Positions 1 through 12,498 of a DNA stretch of 64,000 bases are shown in pieces. The stretch is from Octopus sinensis (Eukaryota). Every line of letters starts with the position of its first letter. The first letter of the stretch is position 1. The stretch covers positions 123,442,001 to 123,506,000 of the forward strand of contig NC_043000.1 in the NCBI RefSeq assembly GCF_006345805.1, read 5' to 3'. The notes beneath the pieces were generated by a model that was not told the origin of the DNA, made no database searches, and saw only the letters and a list, made by a program, of their open reading frames with translations. Position numbers and translations under genes: made by a program.

Positions 1-735
1 ACTTAAAAAGAAATAAAACTTCATTGCTTACAGGGTTGTGCAAACGCTACAAGGATATTTTCAACGACTTTCTAAAAAATATTCATTAACCAAGAACCAA
101 AAATCATGGAAGAAAGTTGCTGCTGCTGGGGTACCTACCTGGTTCAGTCTGCTAAGGAAAGGTACCATACCAAAGCGTCTGGAGTGGCCGGGAGTAAACG
201 AAATGAGCAGGAGAAAGAATTAAGGAAGTTTCAAAGCCGCATTGATAAAAGTATAAGATGCATCAGCCACATTAGGAGACATCTGTGAATGATGTTGTGG
301 TCTTCATCCATATGAATGAACGAATGAAACGTATTTGCGTGGGCATGTAGGTGTATGCATATATGAATGTCTGGGTGCACATGTCTGCTCATAGATCTAA
401 GCATTTGTGTATTTATGTTTGGGTTTGTGCATGTGTGCTTCTACGATGTATGTTTGTGTGTATGCGCGTATGTGTTTATGTATGTGCATTAACATATATA
501 TAATTTCATCACACACAACATGAACAAAATTTCTTTTTAAGAAAAATACGTATTCAAATAAGTAAAACATAATATCATGAATAGCGATAGCGAAACCGGT
601 CGATATATTAAAAATTATATTAAAACTATGTAAGTGTGCGTATTTTCCTTTTTTAATTTCTTATGTCGATTACAACTCATCACGTGGGGATAATCGAAAT
701 TCCTCTTTTCTGTTACTACTATATATATATATATA

Positions 736-999
736 TCACCGTGATCGACCAGGCTACCATATGTTGCTACACATCGCTGGTCACAATGCGCTTCGCATTG
801 TTTTAGCCAACAGAAGAAAGAGTGAGAGAAAGTTGTGACGAAAGAGTACAGCAGGGTTCGCCATCAGCCCCTGCCGGAGCCTCGTGGAGCTTTATGTGTT
901 TCCGCTCAATAAACACTCACAACGCCCCGGTCTGGGAATCGAAACCACGATCCTACGACCGCGAGTCTGCTGCCCTAACCACTGGGCCATTGCGCCTCC
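736..999 (-). mobile_element. tRNA-derived SINE family C (head plus longer 3' variant)
   Basis: Minus strand reads GGAGGCGCAATGGCCCAGTGGTTAGGG (A box) ... GGTTTCGATTCCC (B box); homologous to 27488-27782 and 58809-58857. Confidence 0.85.
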
Positions 1000-1416
1000 A
1001 CACACATGCGCGTGTGTGTATGTGTTATTTATCTATATGTTTGTGTGTGCAGGTATATGTGACTATACACTGTCATTGGTGTACATCAGTATCATTGCCA
1101 GTATTATTGCGTCGTTAACGAAACGCCATAGCAGTAGATGCCGTTGTTGTTGTCGTTGTTGTTACTACTGCTGGCCATGGTGTCTTTTTCTTTTTTTTTA
1201 TTACTGATCAATACTACGCACAGACAGACGTAAAGACATACAGTAGGGGGTGGTGCGCCAGAATGGAATGGTCAGACAACGAGACAGAGAGAGAGAGTGT
1301 GGGGTAACTGTTAAGGCCATTCTATTTATAGTCGAGACGGTCCTTTTTATCTTCTCGTTAATGATTCGTTGCATGTAAGTACAATGATGCTCTCTCTCTT
1401 TCGCTTTTGCTCGCCA

Positions 1417-1486
1417 TATATATATATATACACCTGTCTATGCATATATATATATATACACACACACACACATATTTATATACACG

Positions 1487-1528
<42 letters not shown>

Positions 1529-1732
1529 CATATATATATATACACATACATATATATATACACATATATATATACACACATACATATATACACACATATA
1601 TATATACATGCATATATATATATATATATATACACATATATACACACACATATATATATACATGCATATATACATATATACATATACATACACACACATA
1701 AATATATGCATGCATATATATATACATACATA

Positions 1733-1792
<60 letters not shown>

Positions 1793-1912
1793 TACATGCA
1801 TATATACATATATACACACATAAATATATACACATACATGTGTATATAGTGTGTGCGTGCGTGCGCGCACGTACGTACATATACATGTATACGCAACACA
1901 ACACACACACAC
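1417..1912. repeat. Compound (TA)n/(CA)n/(TACA)n microsatellite
   Basis: Visible directly; explains the YI/VC-rich ORFs at 1358-2210. Confidence 0.95.
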
Positions 1913-2319
1913 ATATTCTCCTTTACCATTATCACCGACCAGAAAACTTATTCCAGCCAAACTTTATTGCCTCAGCCAGGCCATTTCTTTCGTTAGATTT
2001 CTTCGTATACTTCTTTTTATTTATTTTTTTTCCTTATTTTACATTTACTTTCTGTTTCCTTATCTTTCTTTAGCTGTATTTTTATGTGATTCTCTTATTT
2101 ACTTTGTCTTTTTTTTATTTTCTTTTACCTTTTCTTTTCTTTTTTTCTTCTTTTCGCTTTTGTTATCGTCTATAACTCCTCCTCTTATCCTTGTTAATGA
2201 TGTGATCTGAAGTTCCGGGGTGTTTCAGAAATTCTCAATATATTTTCCATTGAAAGTCAGTAATATTGATTTCTAATATTGCCACGAATGTTTGACTGGT
2301 GCTACATTTTTTTTATCGA

Positions 2320-3165
2320 TTTCACAAGGCCGAAAGGCAAATATTGGTCTCGATAGGTTTTGAACTCACAACATAAAGATCCGTAGAAATAGACCGCAAG
2401 GCATTTTGCCCGACAAGCTAACGATTCTACCATCGATGTATGTAACTTTTATTAAACCAAAGCTTTATTCAAAATCTAGAATATATATAAGTATCTTTAA
2501 AATTCCAATTTTGATATGTTTTCATTAAAAAATTTATGGTTCCTTATTTTATTTATTTATTTGTTTATTTAATGTGGTTCTCAGTCTGTTTAGAAACAAG
2601 TAAAGGATTTTGAAGTTTCCAACACTTTTTGCTTTTAGGTCATTCTTAAGAATAGGCATAATCGATTACATCAACCTTAATGAAACAAAAAATGCCGCAA
2701 GCTGGCAAAATGCACGCGAAGCAAATTGCTTAGCGGCATTTCGTCCGCCTTTAGGTTCGGAGTTCAAATTTCGCCAAGATCAACTTTGCCTTTCATCTTT
2801 TCGGAGTCGATAAAATACTGTATAAGGTATTTTAAAATACCGATAACATACCATATATGTGTATAAGGAGCCCTTTTTTGTCAAAAATTAGGTTAAAAAA
2901 TATGCGTGGTATCATAGATATTAATAATATCTATTGTAAAGGGTTATTTTATATCTGGAGGCGGCGAGCTGGTAAGATCGTTAGCAAGTTTGACAAAATG
3001 CTTTGTAATATTTGTTCCGGATCTTTACGTTTTGGGTTCAAATAGCGCAGAGGTCAACTTTGCCTTCCATCCTTTCGGCGAGTATAAAAATAAATTACCC
3101 TTCAAGTACTATGTTTGATGTGATCGACTTGCCTCATCCCTTCAAAATTGCTGTCCTTATTTCAA
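2320..3165. mobile_element. Three decayed SINE-A fragments (~2320-2432 minus, ~2697-2815 plus, ~2958-3165 plus)
   Basis: Diagnostic GTTCAAATT..GAGGTCAACTTTGCCTTTCATCCTTTCGG segment, diverged. Confidence 0.7.
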
Positions 3166-4239
3166 AATTAGAAAGAATTATTCGTTATCTTATAATCATA
3201 TTTCACAATGCGCTTTCCCTCTCTCTCTCTCTCTCCTGCACACACACACACACATATCTATGTATTCTCAGTTATACAGAATCAAGACATATCAACCTAT
3301 GGTACGCTGTCGGTTGATTAGACAGAATCAAGCAGAACAGACAGTGAAATAATTCATTATCAGTTTTAAAGTAACAATGAAGACCAGTCACTGTTGTCGG
3401 GCAATTTGCAATTCCAATTGTTTCCCAGCAATATTCTTGATTGACAGTTTCTTAACACGCCCACTTTATTCCTTATCGGTGACTTTGACTATTGTTCTAC
3501 TTGCTTGGTAATAAAATAATTGCCCAACAAGTTGATCAGAAACACTGTTTTAAATTATGTCTGATGAGCATGAGAATTACATAACGTGTGGCGTAATCCA
3601 TAATGCTGTATTGTGCTTCCATGAAATAAAGATTTTCAGCGAAACAATTGTTGCAAAATTTACAACCCATCCGTTCGTTTCTTACACTTTTATATATAGT
3701 CGTGCACACACATACACGCGCGCGTGCACGCACGCACACACACACAAATTTATATACATCACACCCACACACCCCTACAAGGCAGACACCCCACAAAATA
3801 AATTGTCTCCCACCCCATCCTTCATACAAATTTCATTTCCACATATACACAGACCCCACACACATTACAAACGGCACGCTAACATAACACCCACCCGTCC
3901 CCCGGCTTTATCTTTACAGAAAGAAAACAGACCAACGAACACAGCTATAATACGACGATTTTATACCGAATTTTGTTCCTTGCATGCAACCGGTCATTGC
4001 GAAAACCGTTAGTTGAAAGGACGAAGAAAACAAACCCATTTTCAAATGTGTATCCATTAAACTGATTGTATATGTTTACTTATAACCTTATTTTTGGTCC
4101 ATTCTATACCAAACTATCCAATGAACAGGAACGTGAAACTCTGAGTAACAGTTTTTGTGATATTTTTTGCTGCTCTTTAATAATATATATATATATATAC
4201 ACACTATATAAGAATTTTTTGCGTAATAAGATAAAAAAA

Positions 4240-4700
4240 CCAAGGTTGTATTGATATTAGAGCATATATAGATAGGTCTTACAGCTGTTTCTAGGATATT
4301 AATTAATAATATCCCTTCATCGGAGACGGTGTGAGAGGAAAGTTATGTCATAGTTAGTTTAGATGTGATACAAAATAGAGAGTGAGGTGGAGGAAAGAAA
4401 ATAGATGTAAGATATGTATGGGTATTGAAGTTGTAAATCCGCTTTATAGACATAATGGTATATATGTGTATTATTCCAATATCCTTTGAGTAAAATCCAA
4501 AAGTCCAACAGAGTTTAATATGAGTCCTTCCAAATATAGAGTTTATAAGCAATGTAAGATTCCCTTATGATTGAGATCCAGCAGATTTTTTAACTTGGTC
4601 ATTCCCAGTAGGAAATTTATATAGAGTGTTGCAGAGTCAAAGATTTGTATTTAAAATGACCTAGAAATAGGAAGGGTATTTGAACAATGGGTTCAAAATC
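4240..4700 (-). mobile_element. Penelope-like element 3' end/pseudo-LTR remnant
   Basis: Contains a hammerhead motif (4276-4327); upstream minus frame gives IIRESYIAYKL, weakly like a GIY-YIG C-terminus. Confidence 0.5.
4276..4327 (-). ncRNA. Minimal type I hammerhead ribozyme motif (core variant CCGAUGA)
   Basis: Minus: gtct-CCGATGA-A-GGGATATT..AATATCCT-A-GAAAC-AGCT-GTA-agac; stem I gtct/agac, palindromic stem III ACAGCTGT, GUA cleavage triplet. Confidence 0.65.
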
Positions 4701-4802
4701 TCACTGAGTTTCAAGATAGATTGATGAAACGGATGCCAATGATACTGAGATAATTTCGTCTCTTCTCTCTCGTCTCTTGACTTGAAACGCGAATAGCGTA
4801 GC

Positions 4803-4854
4803 GGTCCATCTCGGACGACGCTTTTAGGTCCATCTCGGGCGGCACTTTTAGGTC
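4803..4854. repeat. 24-bp CpG-rich tandem repeat, ~2.2 copies
   Basis: GGTCCATCTCGGACGACGCTTTTA / GGTCCATCTCGGGCGGCACTTTTA / GGTC. Confidence 0.8.
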
Positions 4855-5257
4855 TACTGTTTAATCCTGTATAAGGTTGAAGGCCAGGAGGCAACAAACT
4901 CAAGTGATATGCCGGCGGCACGCACAATAACTATGTCACTGTTAAAACGGTCGTGTGTTTTGCCAAAAGAAATCATTTTCCCACAATAGTTGTATAGGTA
5001 AAATGCGTGCAGATAGTAAGAAGCCCGACATGATACAGCATGGTTTCGAGTTCAAATCTTACGAAGTAAAATATGTCTTTCACTCAAACGAATTTTCTAA
5101 ATAGAATACATTGAGCGTTTATTGTTATTGCTACTTTCCAGCGTCATAGTGGTATTTGAATAAAGATACCAGTAATATACTGAGGCTGATGGAATCGATT
5201 AGACTTCGACAACTGACTTCAAACAAGAATCTAAATATGTGTTGAGGTTTATATAGT

Positions 5258-5421
5258 AGGCGCAGGAGTGGCTGTGTGGTAAGTAGCTTGCTTACCAACC
5301 ACATGGTTCCGGGTTCAATCCCACTACGTGGCACCTTGGGCAAGTGTCTTCAACTATAGCCTCGGGCCGACCAAAGCCTTGTGAGTGGATTTGGTAGACG
5401 GAAACTGAAAGAAGCCTGTCG

Positions 5422-5460
<39 letters not shown>

Positions 5461-5640
5461 CTGTGTGTGTCTGTGTCTGTCTGTTTGTACCCCCACCATC
5501 GCTTGACAACCGATGTTCGGCAAAAGAGACCGATAGAATAAGTACTAGGCTTACTAAGAATAAGTATTGGGGTCGATTTGTTCGACTAAAGGCGGTGCTC
5601 CAGCAAGGCCGCAGTCAAATGGCTGAAACAAATAAAAGAA
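5258..5640 (+). mobile_element. tRNA-derived SINE family B with internal (TA)(TG) microsatellite
   Basis: GGCGCAGGAGTGGCTGTGTGGTAAG head, GGTTCAATCCC B box, CCTTGGGCAAGTG segment, GACTGAAACAAGTAAAAG-type tail. Confidence 0.9.
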
Positions 5641-6935
5641 AAAATATGAATGAGAATACTCACACACACACATACGTACATGTGTGTGTGTCTGTGTGTG
5701 TGTGTGTGTGTATATGCATACATACATACATACATACATCTGTAAATATACATATTCACATATTTCTGTGTTTGAAAAGTCATGCAATCACTGACAGAGC
5801 TATGTGTGCACACACACATAAATACGATCGTGTGTTTGTAATGATTCATTTCATTAAACTATAATTTTGCTTTATGCAAATTAATATATTAATTCCAGTG
5901 AACTATCGACACGAATGACCGCAAACAGAGCAATGGATATGTAAGATTGAAACATAAACATTACCTGTACAAACGTTACTTTGTTCGTTCAAATATCCAT
6001 TGTCTATTAGTCGGGTGAATAGTGACGCGAAGTGGCTTCATCTATAAGTGTATAATAGAAATAATATAGGCTATTATAATGACTGCGTTTTATATTTCGA
6101 TTTGATCATCATTCTGTGAAGTTCATTAATGAGAAACAAGGAGCAAGAAAGCTTTTAGGACGATGCACTAATGGATTTGTCGTGAGGTAAATACCAATTT
6201 CGTTTGCTTTGATTTCCGGCATGATCAATGGGAAGCAGAAAATCTAATATCATTTGAATGGAGTTCTTTTTAACGCATCAAATACAATCCCTGATCACAG
6301 CTCCTACACCTACGATCTAATCGCCTTTTCTGAGACCTTAATTTTCCTGGAATCCAAAATGTTCGTCTGATTACTTCTCAGAGATGACACTTGAAGCAAT
6401 TTAATGTTTCAATTCCAGTTTGTCTAAGAAACTCTACCACTCCTGGTAATACGTGGGAATATGCAATTAGATTTCTCTTTAGTGAGATATTTGGTATTGT
6501 CCACTATTTCCTATTCAAAGTTTATTGATTGTTGTTAAAGATCAGATTACAGCAGAGAATGGCAAGCATGAATAATGCATCACTTCGTGAATTCAGGTTA
6601 AAGAATGAGGGAGGACGTTTTTCACGAAGTGTCGTCTCGTAAATGTAACCTATTATGACTGGTACGAATCGTGGCAAACTACTTAAAATATCAACATTAT
6701 TTTCCATAAATTCGTTTGTTGACCTGCAATATTGCAGAATGAGTTTATGTATAAACTTACGAATGCTTGAAAATAGGTTCGAAGCCAAAATGAGTGGATC
6801 TGAAGAACTAAAGAATTACTAATCTTGCAAAGAAGCACGTGGTGCCGTTAAGAGTCGTAAAATGCATTGTTAAGGTCTCTTTTAGAACGACTTCATCTTT
6901 CGCGCTCGTCTAAATTCTTCATATAACACTCAATA

Positions 6936-7244
6936 TTGTTGTTGTTTGCTCCTTCTCGAGCCATGCCTGGCTCATAAGGGCCGGTTTCCCGGTTTCCTTG
7001 GCATATAGATTCCCCACCTGGACGAGATGCCGGTCTGTCGCAGGTGAGCTGCCAGTTGCAGGAGGAAAGAGTGAGAGAAAGTTTGGCAAAAGAGTCAGCA
7101 GAAATTTGCCGTTACCTTCTGCCGGAGTTGCGTGGAGCTTAGGTGTTTCGCTCATAATCACACACATCACCCGGTCTGAGATTCAAACTCGCGATCCCCC
7201 GACCGCGAGTCCGCTGCTCTAACCACTAGGCCATGTGCCTCCAC
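6936..7244 (-). mobile_element. SINE family C variant, full length with TSD
   Basis: A and B boxes on the minus strand; AACACTCAATAT repeated on both flanks; sister copy at 13433-13731. Confidence 0.88.
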
Positions 7245-7288
7245 AACACTCAATATATCAATTCAATATCTTAATATATAACTTGTCA

Positions 7289-7680
7289 AGGCGACGAGCT
7301 GGCAGAATCCTTAGCACGCCGGGCGAAATACTTAACGGTTACGTTCTGATTTCAAATTCCGCCTAGGTTGACTTTGCCTTTCATCCTTTCGGGGTCGATG
7401 TAATCGACTTAATCCCTTTGTCTATCCTTGTTTGTCCTCTCTACGTTTAGCCCCTTGTGGGTTGTAAAGAAATAAGAATCCTTAGCATGCGGGGGAAAAT
7501 GCTGAGCAACATCTCAGCCATCTTTACGTTCTGAGATCAAATTACGCCGAGATTGGCTTTTCTTTTCATTCTTTTGGGGGTCGATAAAATAAGTACTAGT
7601 TAAGCACTGGGGTTGACGTAATTGACTTACACCCTCCCCCAATTTGCTGGCCTTGTGTCGAGATTCGAAACCAATATATT
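7289..7680 (+). mobile_element. SINE-A head-to-tail dimer
   Basis: First unit ends GTAAAGAAATA and joins AGAATCCTTAGCA of a second unit. Confidence 0.8.
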
Positions 7681-7754
7681 GCTTGAGCTTTGTAGATACA
7701 TAACAACTAATCATGATTCAAGTATTTTTTAGTATTTTTGTGATGCAGATTTGG

Positions 7755-8084
7755 TAATGTAACTGGTACTCCGTCGGTTACGACGACGAGGGTTCCAGTT
7801 GATCCGATCAACGGAACAAACTGCTCGAGAAATTAACATGCAAGTGGCTGAGCACTCCACAGACACGCGTCCCCTTAACGTAGATCTCTGGGAGATTCAG
7901 TGTGACGCAGAATGTGGCAAGGCTGGCCCTTTTGAAATACAGGTACTACACATATTAGTCAGCTGAATGAACTGGAGCTATATGAAATAAAGTGTCTAGT
8001 TCAAGGATACATCGCGAGGCGGTAATCGAACTTAGACCTTACGATCGTTAGTCGAATACCCGAACCACTAAGCCATGCACCTCC
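7755..8084 (-). mobile_element. tRNA-derived SINE with D-like head and different 3' body
   Basis: Minus head GGAGGTGCATGGCTTAGTGGTTCGGG and a CTTGAACTAGACACTT segment; body unlike family D. Confidence 0.65.
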
Positions 8085-8216
8085 ACCTTTGGTAATGATA
8101 CGAGATTGTAGATATACAGAATAAGCAATCGTTATAAACGCGGTGAACAGCGAGAATCGAAACGGTGACTTGAATATTCATTCATAATACGTTCAGCAGA
8201 TTCTAATATGACGATG

Positions 8217-8460
8217 GTGGACGTGCGTGGCTTAGTGGTTAGGGTGTCAGCATCATGATCGTAAGATTGTGGTTTCGATTCCTGGACCGGCCGACGCGTT
8301 GTGTTCCTGAGCAAAACACTTCATTTCACATTGCTCCAGTCCACTCAGCAGGCAAAAATGAGTAACGCTGCGATGGACTGGCTTGGGAACACATACGCCA
8401 TGGAAACCGGGAAACCGGGCCCATGAGCCTGGCTAGGCTTTAAAAGGGCGCATTTATTTA
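8217..8460 (+). mobile_element. SINE family D, full length with TSD
   Basis: GCGTGGCTTAGTGGTTAGGG head, GGTTTCGATTCC B box, TTGTGTTCCTGAGCAAAACACTT segment; TAATATGACGATG on both flanks. Confidence 0.9.
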
Positions 8461-8758
8461 TTTAATATGACGATGTAGTATTTTTTCCACTTGTTCTGGG
8501 TTCAATTCCTGCCGAGATCACTTTTGTTCTCATCTTTTCAGGGTCAATAAATAGAATACCATTCCAGCGTGGAGAATTGGGAAAATTGTTGGAGCTTTAG
8601 CATGAGATGTCGTGTAGTACCTGTTCGAATTCTTTACGATCCGGGGATCCAAATCCAATCGATGACCGAGTATAACCACCCGACCACGGGGCTGCCTTTG
8701 ATATATGAAAGCTGATGCAACGCATAGAAAAGGACTGTGCACGCCAGCTGCTGCAATC

Positions 8759-8925
8759 GGACGACGACGACGACGCTCATCACGATATCGACGATGATGA
8801 TGATGATGATTGCAATGAGGAGGAGGAGGATGACAACGACGAAGATGATGATGGTGATGGCAACGATGATGATGATATCAATGAACATCATCATTATCAT
8901 CACCATCTTCATAGTCATCATCATA
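8759..8925. repeat. Degenerate (GAY/GAG/CAT)n trinucleotide tract
   Basis: Visible directly; gives D/E/H-, M/T- and I/V-rich ORFs in several frames. Confidence 0.9.
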
Positions 8926-9184
8926 AAAAGCGTCCGACAAAATTTCTGGCGGCATTTTGTCGCCTTACGTTCAGATTTCATCAAGGGTTCATAAACTAGA
9001 CATTAGTTAGGATCGAGGGTGTCTAATTTTTGACAATCTTAATCGACTATGTCCTTCCCCTGGAATTTGAGGGGAAGGATTATACTTGTGATTACGCTAG
9101 AAATCAACATTACTGAGGATTTTATGAGCTGAGGAAGCCTCTGTGCGGTCACTCGATCTGAACTAGAAATCTCTTTCAGTCAAT

Positions 9185-9475
9185 AGATAGGCATTAAGTC
9201 ACTTACAGTCATTCTCTAGGCTCTAGCCCACACTTATGCTGTCACCTCTCTCTTTCTTTTCTACTCTTAATAAAATGGTATCTTCCAGGCGCAAACTGTG
9301 TTCATACCACCTCCATCCGAGAGTTCCATCCATTTGTCTTTCCCCTTATCATCACACTTGTTGTGTCCAGTTCCTAGCCTTACACTAACCATTACGTCCA
9401 GTTCTTCCTTCCCAGATCGGTGAGCTTCGGAACACCATCCCTTGCTCATGTTTTTCTCTACACATGTTGTCTTTC
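9185..9475. repeat. ~290-bp dispersed repeat, copy 1
   Basis: Aligns by eye with 10785-11066. Confidence 0.85.
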
Positions 9476-9547
9476 ATTAATATCACCAATCTTACCGGCC
9501 CCTTCTTCTAAACCGAACGAATGAAAAAAAAGAAAAATCCCCAGCCT

Positions 9548-9775
9548 AAAATCTCGCTCGACTCAAATCTCCTTCCACTCAAATCTCCCTTCACTCAAAT
9601 CTCCCTTCACTCAAATCTCCTTCCACTCAAATCTCCTTCCACTCAAATCTCCCTTCACTCAAATCTCCTTCTACTCAAATCTCCCTCCACTCAAATCTAC
9701 CTCCACTCAGTTATCCCTCAACTCAAATCTCCCTTAACTTAAGTTTCCCTGAAGTCAAATCTCACTCAATCTAAT
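9548..9775. repeat. ~16-bp minisatellite (CACTCAAATCTCCYTY)n
   Basis: About a dozen degenerate copies of ACTCAAATCTC. Confidence 0.9.
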
Positions 9776-10051
9776 CCTGCTGTCTTAAAAACGGAAACTC
9801 GCAGTAGATATTGTAAGCTATTGATAAATAAAAAGATGGGATGATCATGGCTGGAACGATTTTATGCTTGCTCAACCAAGGCAAATATAAGGCTAAGCAA
9901 CAACAACAATATAATGTTTGAATAAGCTTTGAAATGGAAATTAAATGGCAGGAAAATTAATGCTTCTCTCTCGACACTCGTTTATTTTTACATTTACTCT
10001 ACAGCATTAACTTATCTTCCATTCGACAGGATTTCGTTAAGATAAGGAAAT

Positions 10052-10110
<59 letters not shown>

Positions 10111-10502
10111 TAATAAGTTAATCAGGATGTAATGACTAGCAACCAAACAGAACAAGACGGATATAAAATAAACGTGGCAAGAAGATGGACCAACCAAAAC
10201 TTCTGAATCGATCAACATTTACACAAGCGCTAATCACTGACAAGGTTGTTCATACTTATCGATGATCAAAGCTATACTGTTCTACAATTAGTCAGAAGTA
10301 CTCACACAAAGTCTACCACCAGCTGTTTATATTTTCTGTATTCCTTTCATCAACAACCTAATTAACGGTAATTAGCAAAAATTAAGTGCCGAGAACAACA
10401 ATAGTAATACTAGAGAATGGGATATGTGTGATCCTCATTTTTACTTCCTCTTCTTTTTTTATTAACTTACCTTTTTTATAAGATTAATTGTGTATTAGTA
10501 AA

Positions 10503-10640
10503 GGCTCTTAGCTTTGTGGTTAGAAGTGGTTGTTTCGTAGTCATAAGGTCGTAGTTTGAACTCCTGACCCGGGCAGTGCGTTGAATCTTTAGGCAGGGAG
10601 CTTCAACATTGTTTGCTCAACTGTAATGAATACTAGTCGA
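10503..10640 (+). mobile_element. Old tRNA-derived SINE head
   Basis: AGCTTTGTGGTTAG A-box-like and GTTTGAACTCC B-box-like motifs, then GCGTTGAATCTTTAGGCAGG. Confidence 0.55.
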
Positions 10641-10784
10641 GCGCAGGTGCGGCGCTTCATCCCTCCCTCCATCCATCCCACCAGCTGTCCTGTCACATCC
10701 AGGATATTCCGCTGAATTAAGTGTAAAAGAACCGAGAGTATATCCATATCTGCTCGACCCTACGAGTTCCTTTAGACTGATAGG

Positions 10785-11066
10785 CATAAAGTCACTTACA
10801 GTCATTCTCTGGGCTCTAGCCCACATTTATGCTGTCGCTTCTTTCTTTCTTTTCTACTGCTACTAAAATGGTATCTTCCAGGCGCAGACTGAGTTCATAC
10901 CATCTCCATTCGAGATTTCCGTCCATTTGTCTTTCCTCTTCTCATCACACTTGCTGTGTCCAGTTCCTAGCCTTACACTAACTACTACGTCCAGTTCTTC
11001 TTTCCCAGAGCGTCGAGCTTCGGAACACCATCCCTTGCTCATGTTTTCTCTACACATGTTGTCTTT
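10785..11066. repeat. ~290-bp dispersed repeat, copy 2
   Basis: Aligns by eye with 9185-9475. Confidence 0.85.
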
Positions 11067-12215
11067 ACTTTACTTTTGATTCAGAGGAAGATTATCAGCT
11101 GTTGTGAAGCCAGCATTCGTATCAACTCGGGCTGAATGCTGTTCAAATATATAGGTTTAATCCATACTCTTTCTTTGAAATGTGATATTGTGTCATAAAA
11201 ACTTGGTTGGGCGATGCCTTCGAGAGTTCACGAAAGCAGAACATAAGAAAATTCTAAAACTACGTAACCCATAAAAAATCTGGCTTTGTCTGCCTTTGAG
11301 AAAGACATGTATATCACACAGTCTAATTCTTTTCCTATGTAAGTGTGTTCCTTGGTACCTTAGTAGGAAGTTGTTATATCTTATGTCTAGTTAGATGCCA
11401 TCTTCTTCCTGGCAACTGTCAATCACAAAACAATACGGAAACAATGGAGAAATGATGTATGACCGAGTGAATGGTAGGAAATCATGGAAGGAGAGCTGCA
11501 AGAGTATAACAGATTTTGAAGAATTATTTAGACAGCAAAGGTTTTGACCACATCGATACAATGTGAACACAGTGTGACCACGATGGTCAAAGTACGAGTT
11601 CTTCTATCACGAACCAGGCACAAACGATGACTTGAACTCAGAACTTCGCATTTACGAAAATACTCGTTAGATATACAATACTCCCGCTATTTATAACGCT
11701 GTGTTGTACGTATTTGTGAGACTTATAGCTAGTTTCATCAGACTCTGTTAAATGTATCTGAAATATTCCATGAAAACAGGGCATCGACTGAGATTGCTGC
11801 ATATGAAATATAGACTGGCGACTTTCTGACTTGCGGCACAACATGCTATCGAGCAGTTATCTATAATTCTAAATAGATAATCACCAACCATAAATAAAGC
11901 CATGAAGTCTGATGTAGAGGACAAAGCCATGAAGTATATGTATTTCTAAAGGCGATCCATTTTGGGGTGGGGTGGTCGATCAGAGCCAACAATGCTTTCC
12001 ATTGTCACCGACCAGGTAACAGGTGCCGAGTGCTTCAGAGTTGGGGTACGTTCACTGTTATGGGGATATTTTAAATGAAACGGAGACTCAAATCACTTGG
12101 GATATATGCATATGCTGAACGAAGCAAGCTTCTGAAATATACTTAGGTAATTTCTAGCAAGACTAAATATATTAGTTTCGACATAAGAGGTCGTTTATTT
12201 AGAAATGTTACTAAT

Positions 12216-12325
12216 AGGCGCAGGAGTGGCTGTGTGGTAAGTAGCTTGCTTTTCAACCACATGGTTCCGGGTTCAGTCCCACTGCGTAGCACCTTGGGGA
12301 TGTGCCTTCTACTATAGCCTCGGTC
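12216..12325 (+). mobile_element. SINE-B 5' fragment
   Basis: Head sequence matches 5258. Confidence 0.85.
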
Positions 12326-12498
12326 AAAGACTGAGACAAGTAAAAGATAAAGAATAAAGAAAAGATTGTAACAAATCACACCTTTTTCAAAACTATTAAT
12401 AGCAAAGTTAAAATATATTACATAATCAAAAGCAATAATTAATATCAACCTACTACAAACATTTTTTATTCTAAGTTACTTAATGAGCAGGGTTTATA

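Noticed and set aside
38-288. ORFs at the window start
   Set aside because: Short overlapping frames, no recognisable motif and no convincing splice pair.
1358-2210. Several 77-200 aa ORFs
   Set aside because: Translations of TA/CA microsatellite and T-rich sequence.
3558-3630. CTGATGAG ... GAAA possible hammerhead
   Set aside because: No stem II pairing and no stem I/III complementarity.
6522-6788. 88-aa minus ORF, faintly like a hAT C-terminus
   Set aside because: Motifs are scattered over different frames and too weak to support.
8715-8999. Asp/Glu/His-rich ORF resembling a metal-binding protein
   Set aside because: Built from trinucleotide repeats, open in several frames on both strands, and ends in a SINE fragment.
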